DNA from: Octopus vulgaris
Taxonomy: Eukaryota
DNA: 64,000 nt
NCBI GenBank assembly: GCA_951406725.2
Contig: OX597831.1
Location: 52,762,001-52,826,000 of the forward strand
Reading direction: 5' to 3'
A model generated the notes under the pieces. That model was given only the letters and a program-made list of their open reading frames with translations. It ran no database searches and was not told where the DNA came from. Position numbers and translations under genes: made by a program. Shown here piece after piece: positions 28,825 through 42,792 of the stretch. The first letter of the stretch is position 1. Each line of letters begins with the position of its first letter.

Positions 28825-29076
28825 TAGTTTTGAATATCTGACGTTCTTCTTATCTTTCATTTATTTGTTCACGTTTGGGCTACGAAAGGCATATCTTTGT
28901 ATATTTTTGTTGGTCGTAATCATTCATACCAGTATGTATGATGTGCAATCTAATTTGTATTTTATGAAGAGTCTTTCATCTTTGTCTTTGGAATTAATTA
29001 GACTCCGAAACAATTTGTAGACTGTATATTGAATTAAAGTTCGTCTACACTTACAATTTTTTCGTTTCTTTGTACT

Positions 29077-29111
<35 letters not shown>

Positions 29112-30324
29112 TGCGTGTGTGTATGTTTGTGCGTCTGTCCCCCCCCCCCAACATCGCTTGACAACCGATGCTGGTGTGTTTACGTTCCCGTAACCTAGCG
29201 GTTCGGCAAAAGAGACCGATAGAATAAGTACTAGGCTTACAAATAACAAGTCCTGGGGTCGATTTGCTCGACTAAAGGCAGTGCTCCAGCATGGCCGCAG
29301 TCAAATGACTGAAACAAGTAAAAGAGTATATATATATATATATATATATATATACGACGGGCTTCTTTCAGTTTCCGTCAACCAAGTCCACTCACAAGGC
29401 TTTGGTTGGCCCAAGGCTATAGAATACACTTGCAGTGGGACTGAACCCAGGACCATGTGGTTGGGAAAGAAGCTTCTTACCACACAGCCACTCCCGCGCC
29501 TATAATATCTAGTTTACTTTTTCAGAAAATTCGTAATTCTTCTTAACTTTCATTCACGAACAGAGATTAATTCTTGAGTTCAACAAGTCAAAAAAACATC
29601 TTTTTTACGTAATGTTAAAGGAGCTATATTTGTAGAAGAAGACTAAAAAAAATATTCTAGTTATAATACTTATAATAGTTATAAAAGTTCAAAACAATAA
29701 ATATTAACCTAAGTCTATAGGAAAGAATCGTTGTGCATGCAGCCTTTTTTTTTATGGTTTATAATGCAAGGGAGAGAACTACAATATCAATTATCTCCCT
29801 TGCACTGTAAACTAACTTCATACAAATTATTTATAGAACGTTTTTTTAAATTCTAACTTACATTGAGATATCGAAGTTGTTTGAATGTAAACCCAAATGA
29901 AATATTTTATTTTGTACGGTGTTGGAACCATGAGTTTGGTCTGTACATATTTTCCCTGCCAAAATTTTATTATATATATAAAACAGGCAGGAGCACTCCG
30001 TCGGTTACGACGAAGAGGGTTCCAGCTGATACGATCAACGGAACAGCCTGCTCGTGAAATTAACGTGCAAGTGACTTAGCAATCCACAGACACGCGTACC
30101 CCTAACGTCGTTCTCAGGGAGATTCAGCGGGACACAATGTGAGACAAGGCCGGCCCTTTGAAATACAAGTACAACTCATTTTTGCCAGCTGAGTGGACTG
30201 GAGCAACGTGAACTAAAGTGTCTTGCTCAAGGACACAACGCGTCGCCGGGAATCGAACTCAAGACCTTATAATCGTGAACCGAATGCCCTAACCACTAAG
30301 CCACGCGTCTTCACACACACACCC

Positions 30325-30404
<80 letters not shown>

Positions 30405-30530
30405 GTTTAAGTAGTTGAATGAATTATCCTAGTATGGATAATTCGGTTAATTATCCATTATCACTATGGACTCCATGTGGGCAGTCATCTAAAAGTTTTT
30501 GTTCGTCATGATGCTGACATAAGTTCCTTG

Positions 30531-30615
30531 TTTTTCCTGATGAGAAGGCGGCATAATGCACCCTTTATTCCTTCGGAATTGAGAATATGATGTCTTCGAA
30601 ACATATGTCGAGAAT
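30531..30615 (+). ncRNA. Type I minimal hammerhead ribozyme-like motif with intact core
   Basis: TTTTC, CTGATGA (30537-43), stem II GAAGGCG/TGTCTTC, GAAA (30598-601), palindromic CATATG, GUC site (30607-09), GAGAA. Confidence 0.7.
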
Positions 30616-30658
30616 AAAAGAATTTTGTTAAATCGTCGTTCGACTCCATTCTTTCATT

Positions 30659-30691
<33 letters not shown>

Positions 30692-31356
30692 TATATACAC
30701 ACAAATCCTAAACGATAATCATGATTCTTCATAGGTTTTTACAAAAGAAAGACAAAGGAAAGAAAAAAGCAGTAGGGAGAAAGAAGGGCAAGAAAAAAAG
30801 AAAAATAGAAGAAATAGAGTAATTACATCAATGCAGCACCAAGTACTTTAATTGGTCACACGCTACAAAGTCAACAAGCCAGCACGTTCACAGCATTACC
30901 ACAGGCAACGGCGAGGCTAAGGCGTTGCTAAAGGCCAAGCGCCCTCACGGGCATCACCTGGTACCTTGGTAAGGTGACCTGCCAACAATGACAAGAACTT
31001 TGCAGTTAGTGGCTCATCCCTCCAAATGTCTCAAACGCCACAGGCTGGAAGAGATAGTAGTTCAATGTCAGGCTCCGATACTTCAGGTTCCTATTGCAGG
31101 TTCTTATTTTCTTTTGTAAATTGATGAGATAATTACTTACTATGGCTATAGAATCCTTATAGATAAATGTGGTTCATAGTAATGTGTGAAAAAATAATAC
31201 AAAAATGACATCGTATGTAAGCAGATACACATACACATGCGCACATACGCACACATATGCACACACACACATACAGATATTATATTATGCGCGTGTGTGT
31301 GTGTATTATATATGTATGTATATATATGGATGGATGGATACATACACACACACACA

Positions 31357-31388
<32 letters not shown>

Positions 31389-31970
31389 CACACATACATA
31401 CATACATACATACACACACACAAACACACACATACATACATACATACATACATACATACATACATACATACATACATACATACATACATACATACATACA
31501 TACATGATCGCTGCCCCCTCGTTATCGAGTATGGCCATTGCACAAAGCTTAACTGTTATTGGTGCTGTGATCGAATGTGACTTTTATTTGCTTTTTAAGG
31601 CTACAGCCAGCCATTCAGTTGAGACTCACAGCAACATCAACCATCATGAATGTTGTTATCGTGCAATGCCTGTGCAGGAAGATTTTTTTTAAAGTGAGGA
31701 AAGGCTGTGCACTGAGTCAATCCCACTCACTAAGCAACAGCAGCCATAATCCGAAAAGAAGAACAAGTCAACATCATCGGTAACCACTGAGCCACAGGTT
31801 TTATGTCGGAGTTATCCCAGTTACCTGAGTTACCTTCTCCAAGAAGGATGCCCTAACAAAGGCTAGGAGTCCTTCACTCCCAATGGTTTAATTGCGCGAT
31901 TGGGTATTCAGTCTGATTATTTCTATGTCCCCGCGCATGATACAGCCTTAAGCCTTAAGAAAAAAAAATT

Positions 31971-32053
<83 letters not shown>

Positions 32054-32424
32054 AGGTGCATCAGCTATTTGTGAACAAAACTTTTATGAACCATATGTCA
32101 TATGTCATAGACTTTAATTAAATATCATTTCTCTTTCTACAACTCCAAAATGGACGTTTTGAATTTATCACTGACAATGAAAAAACATTCCATTTTTGTC
32201 GCCTCGGCCACCAACTCCAGTAGTTATGAGATTTCAACCTTGGTAAATGTCACCAGGTCATTTCTGTTTAAGATAAGAAAAGAGCTCCAAGCCCCAAGTG
32301 GGAATATGCTTTCCGTGGTCAAAAGATAAAAACATCCACCTATTGAGGTGGATGTTTTACAGCTAGATGCCTTCTTGTTACCAACCTTCATCTGTTTTCC
32401 AGTAAGGAAACATTTCTTCATTCA

Positions 32425-34850
32425 TGATTTTTGTAAATTGATATTACTACTACTCATCTATTAACCCTATCCTTCTAAATAAGGCAATCGTCTTTGCTAG
32501 AGGTAACTCAGAACTAACTAGAGAAGAGACAGACGTTATCTTAGCAGTTAGAAAATCATTTATCAAATTCAAATGTAAGTACTCAGTTAGAAACTATAAA
32601 CTGGAGATATTCGATATTACTATGGGGTCAACAGACTCTGCACAAGTTACAGACTTAGGAGGAATCTATTATTTAGCATAAACAGAGAATTCCCTGGAAT
32701 AGGAGGGGATCTATACAGGGATGATGCAATTTTCATGCTAGCTAACCCCTCGAACCTAGAGTAGAGAGGTACAGGAAAAAAATTTTTTAATTCTTTAAGA
32801 ACCTGGAACTATCCATATCAATTGAGAACGAACACAACTCTGTCAACTTTCTTGATGTTGCTTTAGATTTAAGTGCAGGGACTTATAAGCCTTATCATAA
32901 GCCAAATATGCACCTCAGATACATAAATAAAAATAATCACCCTTGATGCATGACCCAGTCAATAGTATTTCTAACATATCAGCAAACAAAGAAATTTTCA
33001 AACTAAATGAAGACTTTTATAATTTAGCACTGGAGAAAACAGGATATAGAAAAAAAATTTAATTCTACAAAAAAAAACGATAGAATAAAAAATGTAGTAA
33101 GAAGGACAATCATAACAATAATCACAGTATACTAGACAATGGGAAAAAAACAAATAACCAGCTCTGGACCAAGGAGAGAAATGGGGGTATGAATTTCGAA
33201 CACTGGGAAAATAACTATAGAATACCAACTAATATGAAAGTTAGTAGCGATTTTAAAGAATTAGGGCCACATAAAGTATCAAGAAACTTAAATAGTAATT
33301 GAAGCTGCACTTGGATAAAGAAGTTAACTGGATCAGTCCACTGGAACTACACAAATAATTAACAACTGTAATAACAAGAGGACCAAATATAAAATCCAGG
33401 GAAACAGATTAAGCACTTTTACTAAACCCTTAACTAAAACTGCAGGCAACCATACCAAAAATTTCTCTAGAAATGCCGAGTGGTATATAAGTCCCTTTGG
33501 AAAGCAAATTCTTTTCAACTTAATTAATTGTTCTACCTGGCATTGGAAAAATATTTTCCAATAAATTGCAAATATTTTAAAGTGTTTAACAGACTTAAAA
33601 TCAGGCTTGCATTTTCCAATAGTAACATCAAGCAAATTATAGCAGCACACAACAGGAGTAAGTTAAGTAATTTCCATGAGAATACTAATGGTAGTAACTC
33701 AAATATAAATAGTGGATTAGCAATAAATAGTAACAATGTTAATATAATTATCCAAGCTAAGGTTGTGAGAAATAGCTATAGCAGAAGCACTAATCAAAGG
33801 GAATCAACCATAACTAATTCAAACGTGAGACTAGGAAGGGAAAACTAGAATGCTAAAAAGTGAAGTACCCAGAATAGAAGAAATAACCTGGAAAATAGGC
33901 AAAATAAGTTAGAGATTACTCTTAATGAAACCAACATAGAAAATAATAATAGAATTAGAAGAGCTAATATCTGTGATTGCACAAGGAATGGACAATGTCC
34001 TTTAAATTTTAAATGTAAGATTAAAAATGTGGTTTACAGGTGCAAAGTTACGTCAGAAGACAGAGAGTCGATGCCAGCTCATGTTTTATTAAACAAAGAG
34101 TAGCTAACCATGAAAATTCTTTCAGAAATAGGGACAAGAACAGTTATACTGGCATTAGTAAATTAATTTGGTCACTGAAGGATAGTTACAAAATATATTC
34201 AATTGACTGGGATATTATTAGTAAGGCTAAAACTTACAGAAAGGGGTAAAAGATGCAACCTATGAGTAGAGGAAATGTACGAAATTTTCACTTCTACATT
34301 TAATCTAATAAACACAGGACAACAACATGGTCTAAGATGCCTTCATGCAAGAAAATTTACTTTTAAATAATTCAAATAAACACATTACACTTTATATAAT
34401 AATAAAATTACTAAAATAACAATTGTGACAAGAACCAAAAAATAAATAAAAATTGATTGAATAACACTAAACTAAGAATATTCTCTTTGAAATGAGTGGA
34501 ATGGTAAACTTATAAACATTCAATCCAACTTTGACCTATTTTTAGGACTATGTTTCACTTTGCTTACCACATTTAGTAAAAGTGAACCCTAGGTCAAGAT
34601 TCCTACAACTATTAACAGTAGCACCCATACCTCCTAAAAAACACATTATTCATTCAGTTTGCTGATTCCTACAGTTCCACTTCGAAACAGCAGGGAGTAA
34701 GGACCCTAATGAAACTGTACAAACCATGAGACCAGGTTGCATATCCAATAGTGTGCAGTCGATGCAATTGAAATGCACTCAGGTCCAGAAAAGAATGCTG
34801 TGAATATTGTTAAAATTATAGACTTGAAAAATCTCTGTTCTCTTTATCAT
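32425..34850 (+). mobile_element. Decayed Penelope-like retroelement (RT plus GIY-YIG)
   Basis: FDITMGSTDSAQVTDL, LYRDDA, NFLDV.LDL..GTYKPY.KPN, CDC....CPL...C...NVVYRC and KQRVANHENSF...LIWSLK. Confidence 0.85.
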
Positions 34851-34900
34851 TATCTATATATACATATATGTGTGTGTATATATGTATGTGTGTATATATA

Positions 34901-34931
<31 letters not shown>

Positions 34932-34974
34932 GTATGTATATGTATGTATCTATGTATATACATGTGTGTGTGCA

Positions 34975-36190
34975 GATGTGGGGTAGCTAGTGTTGAGGTG
35001 CAGCCAAATTTTAAGATCATATATGTGGATTGTCAGCAGTCAGTGGTTTGAAGTTCACCAAGGGGGTGTACTTCTAACAGCAGCAATAAGATAGTTCATA
35101 TTTCTTGTTGATAGATATTGCAGGTTGATGGAGGATATGCAGTCTTTCATAAAGATAGAGCAGGTAATTGTGGGGGCCAGGTGAGTAAGATGGGGCCCTG
35201 TTGATGATGGTGCAATTGCTAGTTGGGGTTGGAGGTTATGCAAGTGCATGTTTACATCTGTTGTAGCATACAGTGTTAGAAACAACATTATCCAAACAAG
35301 AGTAGCTCACCTTGATGTAATGTGGGTTGAAAAGCTTATAATATTGATGGTCGTTGTCCATAAATATAAGCTTTTCCATGACAAGAAGCTCCTAGCTACG
35401 TTGGTGGAAACTTCTAGGTTAAACAGAGGGTTGAACCAGATTAACTTTCTCTTTCTGGTCCTCTTTGGGTGCAGGAGTGGAGATTAGGTTCCCTTCAAAT
35501 ATACTAATTTCTAAGAAAATCTACTCCTCACTGTTGAGTCATTTTAGTTGGGGAAAGCCCTGATGAAGATTTCCCTATCAGCTGAAAGCTTAGACATTCT
35601 TCTGCTAATTCCTGAATTTAGGTTTCTTTTTACAGCTGTGGGGAAGTGATTCGAGCTTCTCAGTTTCCTCGTTCAGCTTTCTGTAACAGTAGTACTCGCT
35701 TGTTTTCAGGTCTGGGGTCACGTCTTGGAGGACAACTGTGATCAAGTTGGGGGAAACTGTTATGGATAGGCCAATTCTTTAAATATTTTTATTAGGTCCT
35801 TTCTAAATTTGTCCATGGTGTGACTGTTCATATGGCTTGAGATTGCTCGGCTGTTGTCCCTGTGTGGGTGTGTGTTTCTTGTGGGTATCCAAGATAAATA
35901 AATAACCAAATGAGGTCAGCAATCTTAGTCTTGTGGTAGTTTCCTGTAGAAATATCAAACACTGGACTGCTTTCTTTCTTCACTCATAAGGAACCGTTGT
36001 GAACCAAGATTGACTTTCTGATGTTCATGATGATTCTGACATCAAGGTCGCAGATTACCACCTTAGAATTCGGCTGCACCGCAACACTGGCTGACCCACA
36101 TCCAGTGACAGGAGTCCAAACCACTGATATCTATCCAGACCACAGGTTGACCTTGCAACCTTACATACCCCCGTAACCTCCTACATTTGT
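34975..36190 (-). mobile_element. Second decayed Penelope-like element, opposite orientation
   Basis: FDISTGNY...IADLIWLFILD and HQYYKLFNPHYIKVSYSCLDN remnants. Confidence 0.65.
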
Positions 36191-36990
36191 CTCCATATAT
36201 ATGGATGTGCACACACATATACATCTATGTATCAATGCTTTTTCTCTCTTTCTCTTTTTAATCTTATATACAGAATTAAGACAGTATTAAATTAAAATAG
36301 CTATCTGTATATCATACTTAATGTATGTACACTGTTGATAGGCCAGTTACTGTGATATCTGTCCTGAAATAACATCTCTTATGGATCTCCTATGCTAAAA
36401 ACAGTATGTGCCTGCAAAGGGCAAAATAAAAAGCCAAACTGCATCTGGCATTCCTACTGGCCACTGCTGGGATGAATTTTCATTTCTTTCCAATATTTAT
36501 TGTAATTTTAACACAACACGTTAATAAGAGATGCTTTCTCAGGACAAATACTGCAATAACTAGCTTATCAACAGTGTATATACATTACGTATTAGACACA
36601 TTTAGATATTTTAATTTAATACTGCTTGAATTGTTTATACCAGATTAATAAAAGAAAAATTAATATGGGGTTGAAGGTTGATATTTATCAGTTGTGAAAT
36701 AATGGACTAAATCTTAAATGTATAATTAAAGTTCTACTGTTACTAATAGTTACCTTATCAGAGCCGGATTAATGAAAACAGTGCTTTATCAGTGATTTAC
36801 CAATGCCTGGTTAAACCTTTTGATATCAACTTGCTTGAAACTGCCAATGATTTAATGATGTAAATCTGATCATTTTAAAGTGTGTTTATATTTATAAATT
36901 TAAACATATTAAGCCTATTATAGTTTTCTATGAGAACATTTTGCTAAAGGTAAGTTCAAAGCATCTGATTAGTAATGAAAAAATTAATTA

Positions 36991-37207
36991 CGAGGGGGTA
37001 CCGAAAAGTTCCTAGCTTTGGGTAAAAGAAAATACAGGAGGATCAGTTAATTATTATTTTATTCAACATATTCCCTTTTCAGATTCACACACTTATTGCA
37101 GTGATCCTTTAGTTTTTCTAAGCCCTGTAAAAGAACTTGGAAGGTTGGGCCTCCAACTAGGCCTTTCATGATACCCTTAAAACCAGGAACTTTCCGGCAG
37201 CCCCTCG
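36991..37207. mobile_element. Mariner-type MITE
   Basis: TA|CGAGGGG...GAAAAGTTCC and GGAACTTTCCG...CCCCTCG|TA TIRs with TA TSD. Confidence 0.8.
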
Positions 37208-38086
37208 TATATTATTAAATCCTTCCAAATTTTTTATTGTATCTTCCTCGTTATGACAATCAGCATTTTAATGTTTGCCTTTCAATGCTTGCATGGATTG
37301 GACAGGGTTTTACTGTGGCAGATTTTCTTCAGCTGGATGCCTTTCCTGTTGCCAACCCTTACCTACTTCTAGTCCAGGTAATATTCCCCCATGGCCAAAT
37401 ATGTTTTTGCTGAATATTGTAAATGAACAATATTCATTTACAACAATCATGCAATATCAAGACAAGGTGACACAAACATATGCACACACACAAACATATA
37501 TACATGCATACATATCTATATATATTTACATGTGTGTGTGTGTGTAGCAGGTACCATCATTTGGTTTCTACTAAATCTATGCACAAGGGTTTGGTTAACC
37601 CAGGGCTACAGTAAAAGACACTTGCTGAAGATGCCACACAATGGGACTGAACTCAAAACAATATAGTTGGGAAGCCCTCACCATCCTCTTTAAAGGATAC
37701 TTGAAGAAATTAATGAGGTCTTGATGGGTGAGGGAAAAAGCTCAGTTTTCAAACTTTTCAGCCACATCCGCCACAGAACAACAGAACACTCCTTCATTGT
37801 AGTCAACAAGCATAGGAAGGCATGTCACTCTTCTTTACTACAGGAAAGCAGTGGGTCAATCTTTACAGTTGATAGCAGGATGTGTCTGCTTTCATCACAC
37901 AACCACAGTTGTTCAACATAAACACATAAGTCAGTTATACAGTGATAACAATTCAAGTTGTAACTCAGGGCACAAGTTAGAAATTTTGAAGGTACTTCCA
38001 GTACTCAACTACTACTTTATTTTATCAGCCTCCCAGTAAAGAATGAATATCTAAGTCAGTCTCAAAATGTGACAGTAGCACACGCA

Positions 38087-38138
<52 letters not shown>

Positions 38139-38574
38139 TGAGTGCCAAATGATTATAAAAACTAGACTCCTAATTGAAGTGAAGTGATAAACAAAGGAAC
38201 CTAGCAGCTGCTAGTTCGTAAATAAATAGAACAGGCAGCAAAGATAGAGAGAGTGAAAAGGAGGAATAGTTACTGAATTATCACATTCCTCCATAGCATT
38301 TCTGTTTTTATCTTCAACATATGATATGCTCTTTTAACAAAGTCTCTTTCTCTGCATCAAACTATGCTGCGTATGGCTTCTCTTTCACCAAAGGTCACTA
38401 ATACTTGGGCTTTTATAGGTAAATAATATCGAGTTAAAAAATGGGTTTTTCTCTCTGTGCATGCATACATGTATGTGTGGGTGTGTATGTGTGTGTATGC
38501 AAGTGTTTGACTTTAAAATCTGTGTATATGTGAATGTATGTATGTATGTAAGCATGCATGTACGTATGCATGCA

Positions 38575-38612
<38 letters not shown>

Positions 38613-38883
38613 TATGTACATAGATATACATACATGAATAATGTATTTGTGCATGTATACATATGAACAAATATATATACATGTGTGCATGTATATGTAT
38701 ATATGTGTATGCATACACACACACACACATACATGCATGCATTTAGGAAAAAAATTATTTCGTTTCACAGATATATTCAGGCATACAGCAATGTATTAAA
38801 TTAAGCACCAATTTCAACTAGTAAATTTTTTTTATTTTTGTAATCTTTGCAATCACATATCTAAGTATGTGTGCGTGTGAGTC

Positions 38884-38916
<33 letters not shown>

Positions 38917-39451
38917 CTGTAATTCTAAATATATATACATGTATAATTACATCAAGTCCTGATAGTTCGTTTTGATAATCTGTCACTAAACAGCGATAAC
39001 TATTTTATATATTTAAGCCTCACTGCTGACACTAACCAAATTTCAGTGCTAATGGTTGCTCTATAAGCGATTCCAGCAGAATAAATAGATGCTAAAGGCT
39101 GTGGATATTCATTTCATAGAGATTCACCTTACTTTCAAAGTTTATTTATGGAACTGAAAATAGCTACTTGGCTTGGTATGTTACTTTTATTATATTCTAC
39201 ACATCCTGTGTTTTACTAATTTACCTAACAGTCATTAGACTATTGAACAAGTCTATGAGTTTTGAAATTCTTTGGGGGTTTTTTTAATTGTCGCAGGTGT
39301 GGCTGAGTGGTAAGAAGCTTGCTTGCCAACCACATGGTTCTGGGTTCAGTCCCAGTGTGTAGCACCTTGGGCAAGTATCTTCTACTATAGCGTCAGGCCA
39401 ACCAAAGCTTTGTGAGCGGATTTGGTAGACAGAATCTGTATAAGAAGCTCA

Positions 39452-39526
<75 letters not shown>

Positions 39527-39563
39527 CATGTGTGAGTGTGTACATATGTATGTATGTGTGTGC

Positions 39564-39613
<50 letters not shown>

Positions 39614-41166
39614 TTGCGTGAGTATGTGTGTGTGTGTAGTTTTGTATCCGTGTCTGTGTCTGTAAACCACCACCACCACTTGACAACTGGTGTTGAAGTG
39701 TTTACTTCTCCGTAACCTAGCAGTTTGGCAAAAGAAACCAACAGAATAAGTACCCAGCTTAAACAAAAACACAAAAGTACATAGGCACAGGAGTGGCTGT
39801 GTGGTAAGTAGCTTGCTTATGAAATACATGGTTCTGGGTTCAGTCCCACTGCATGGCACCTTGGGCAAGTGTCTTCTACTATAGCCTCAGGCCAACCAAA
39901 GCCTTGTGAGTGGATTTGGTAGACGGAAACTGAGAGAAGCCCATTGTATATCTGTATATGTATATATATATATATGTGTGTGTATATGTTTGTGTGTCTG
40001 CGTTTGTCCCCCCAACATCACTTGACAACTGATGCTGGTGTGTTTACGTCCCCATAACTTAGCGGTTCAATAAAAGAGACCGATAGAATAAGTACTAGGC
40101 TTACAAAGAATATGTCCTGGGGTCGATGTGCTCGACTAAAAGTGGTGCTCTAGCATGGCCACAGTCAAATGACTGAAACAAGTAAAAGAGTAAAGAGGGT
40201 CGATTCATTCAACTAAAAATTCTTCAAGATAATGCCCCAGCATGGCCACAGTTTAATTACTAAAACAGATATATCAGACTTTGAAACTGTTTTTCTCTGT
40301 TTATTTACTTTTTATTCAAACAACTTCATGCTTTTATTTTAGCACAAGCTGCATAGTATGGATGTGCAACATGCCTGCAACACACCCATATAGCCACACC
40401 CTTCCCTAGATATTTATCATACTATTTATTTAACAGGATATTTCCCTCTTACCTGTCAAAGGAGGTACAAACAATTTCACACACACATGTATACACATGT
40501 TGGGTGGGTGGATGGATGGGTAGAAATGCAATTAAAGACTTTAAAAATCAATACTAATGTTTGGGTGTTTTGTAAAATGTGTCATTCATAATTTTTTTAT
40601 ACATTCTACATCTTGGGTTTATGTTATTGCTATTGTTTAATTCAGAACAGACCAGTATTGAAATGGGTTAAGTCTTTCAGGTTTGAAGTTTTGTCAAATA
40701 AATAGAGTGTTATAGGTCAACTATGAAAAGCTCTTTACAATAAATTAAGTATAAGCTTATTGCTAATGAGCTGTGATATCACATAGTAGTGAGACATGGG
40801 TACTAAATGCGGAAGCTATATGTGAAGGCTGGAATGAAATGAGGTGAGAAAAACCTGCTGAATGTGTTTTGTTGATGTTGCATGAATGAGAGCTCCAGGT
40901 GGAGAAGCAAAATACTATGACCCTGAGATACCTGCATATGGTATAGGAACGTTTCCAATGCATGGCTGTGTAGTAAGAAACTTGCTTCACAACTTCATGG
41001 TTCTAGGTTCAGTCCCACTGCATGACGTATTGGACAAGTGTCTTCTACTATAGCCTTGGTCCGACCAAAGCTTTGTGAGTGGATTTGGTAGACAGAAACT
41101 GAAAGACACCCATTGTGTGTGTGCGCGCGCCTCTGTGTGTGCGCACGCCTCTGTGTGTGCGCACGC

Positions 41167-41209
<43 letters not shown>

Positions 41210-41589
41210 TGTGTGTGTGTCTTTGTGTCTGTGTTTGTCCCCTACCATCACTTGACAACCAGTGCTGGTTTGTTTACATCCCAGTAACTTGCCAGTAACT
41301 GTCAAAAGAGACTGATTGAATAAGTTCTAAACTTACAAAAAAGTCCTGGGGTTGATTTGTTTGACTAAAACCCTTCAAGGTGGTGCCCCAGCATGGCCAC
41401 AGTTAAATGAATGAAGCAAGTAAAAGATTAAAAGATAAAAGTTTCAGAAAGTGAGCTTCCAATACCTCCGAGTACCATCCAGTTTCTCTTGCATCCCCAA
41501 TGTTTATTTCACCATCGAAAATTGGGCCCTGCTACCTTAGTAGACTACCTTCATAGAGATGGTGTCTTAATAAAAATACAGGTTGGTAG

Positions 41590-41922
41590 TAACCTAAAAA
41601 CACACCTCATTTGTGAGTGAAAATGCCAAGCAAAATTGATGACAATAAAGGTGTGAACGGGACTGGAACCAATAATGAAGGTGCCACACTCAGCAGGTGC
41701 CCCACTGTGCAGCAGGGTGGGCCCAGTCGTAATCCAGCAACTGCTAGCCATGCTACAAGACATAAGTGGAGTAAACAAGTAAACATGATGGTTATGGAGT
41801 GTTACTTCCAGAGCACCCCACTGGATGCGAAAAAGATCAGTGCCAATGTGAAGGTAGAATGCCTACAAAAATCAGCATTGCTGGGAACTGCAAGAATTCT
41901 TCACAGGGTTCTTGAAGCATGA
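41590..41922 (+). mobile_element. Internally deleted R4/Dong-like (REL-endonuclease) non-LTR element
   Basis: N-terminal RHKWSKQVNMMVMECYF fused to C-terminal LQKSALLGTARILHRVL. Confidence 0.55.
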
Positions 41923-42503
41923 CCAGTAAACAAGTGTCAGCTGAATCCATAGAGAAGATTGCCCCGCCGACCTCCTTTAACCGGGAGGGCAAGGCAATTT
42001 TCCTCTGTCTAGTGGCCGTAGCGAAAGAGGTGGTATGGTGGACCCGTTTGAAAGGGCTAAAGTCAGACACTTTCCTCTTTGGCCAAGGCCTCATCAACTT
42101 TTTCAGGTTTCACTTGAAAAGGAAGATGAGAGTAGAGAGGGAAGTGCTGTCTCGTAGCAAATTTATTGAAAGGTGGGTGAATGTTGGAAGAATGGCCAGT
42201 ATGAACGGACCAATTTTGAGGATACACCTGTAAAAAAAAAGGTAATATAAAAGGAGAAAGGGGCTTTCTATCCCCTTTTTGACCAGGCGTGGTTTTTATG
42301 GGTTTTTCCATGATTAACCTTTCGAAGCACCTCCCCCTATTGAGAGTTTTTACTTGTTATATTTTCATTGTTAACTTGCATTTTCACACAGACTTTTCAA
42401 ACGGACAAAACCCTTTTCTAACTTTCGTCTTGTATTTTGTCCTTACATGTTTTATTTGATTTTTGTTAGCCCTTGTGGCCAATAAACAAATTAATTATCA
42501 TTA
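41923..42503 (+). mobile_element. L1/Tx1-like LINE 3' end
   Basis: ...LVAVAKEVVWWTR...RVERE.....FIERW C-terminus, then a pyrimidine-rich 3' UTR ending in AATAAA. Confidence 0.55.
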
Positions 42504-42545
42504 TATAAATGCAATCAGTAATATATACATGTCTATCATTTCAGA

Positions 42546-42792
42546 ATGGACTCCTTCTATGACCAAATTTTCCGCAAACTTCCCTCACTTCCAGAAGAAT
42601 TTCAAACTCGAGCCCAAACAGAATTAAATGAAACTAAAGACAAACGAGATGAATGTTTAACACAAATACGAGAACTAATTAAATCTGACAACAATATAGA
42701 GGCATGTTTTCCAACTGAAAATGATGACCACCTCCTCAAATTTCTCAGGTCTAAAAAGTTTGATGTTGAAAGAACATTTGAGCTGATCAAAA
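42546..42792 (+). CDS. RLBP1: RLBP1/CRALBP-like CRAL-TRIO protein, coding exon 1 (CRAL_TRIO_N; ...DDHLLKFLRSKKFDVERTFELIK)
   Basis: Acceptor tttcag at 42544 just before the ATG. Motif D..LL.FLR.KKF.V. Donor gtaaga, phase 1. Confidence 0.9.

Noticed and set aside
28930-29021. Possible minus-strand exon (YKLFRSLINSKDKDERLFIKYKLDCTSYIL)
   Set aside because: Splice signals are plausible, but there is no recognisable homology and it lies upstream of the candidate promoter.
31505-31960. RTE-like 5' UTR fragment (also about 680-840) as an HDV-like or twister ribozyme
   Set aside because: I could not build the required pseudoknot pairings by hand. An Infernal or RNArobo search would be needed.
34660-34800. 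Hammerhead at the 3' end of the plus-strand Penelope remnant
   Set aside because: Only fragments (CTAATGA, GAAA) remain, without consistent stems.
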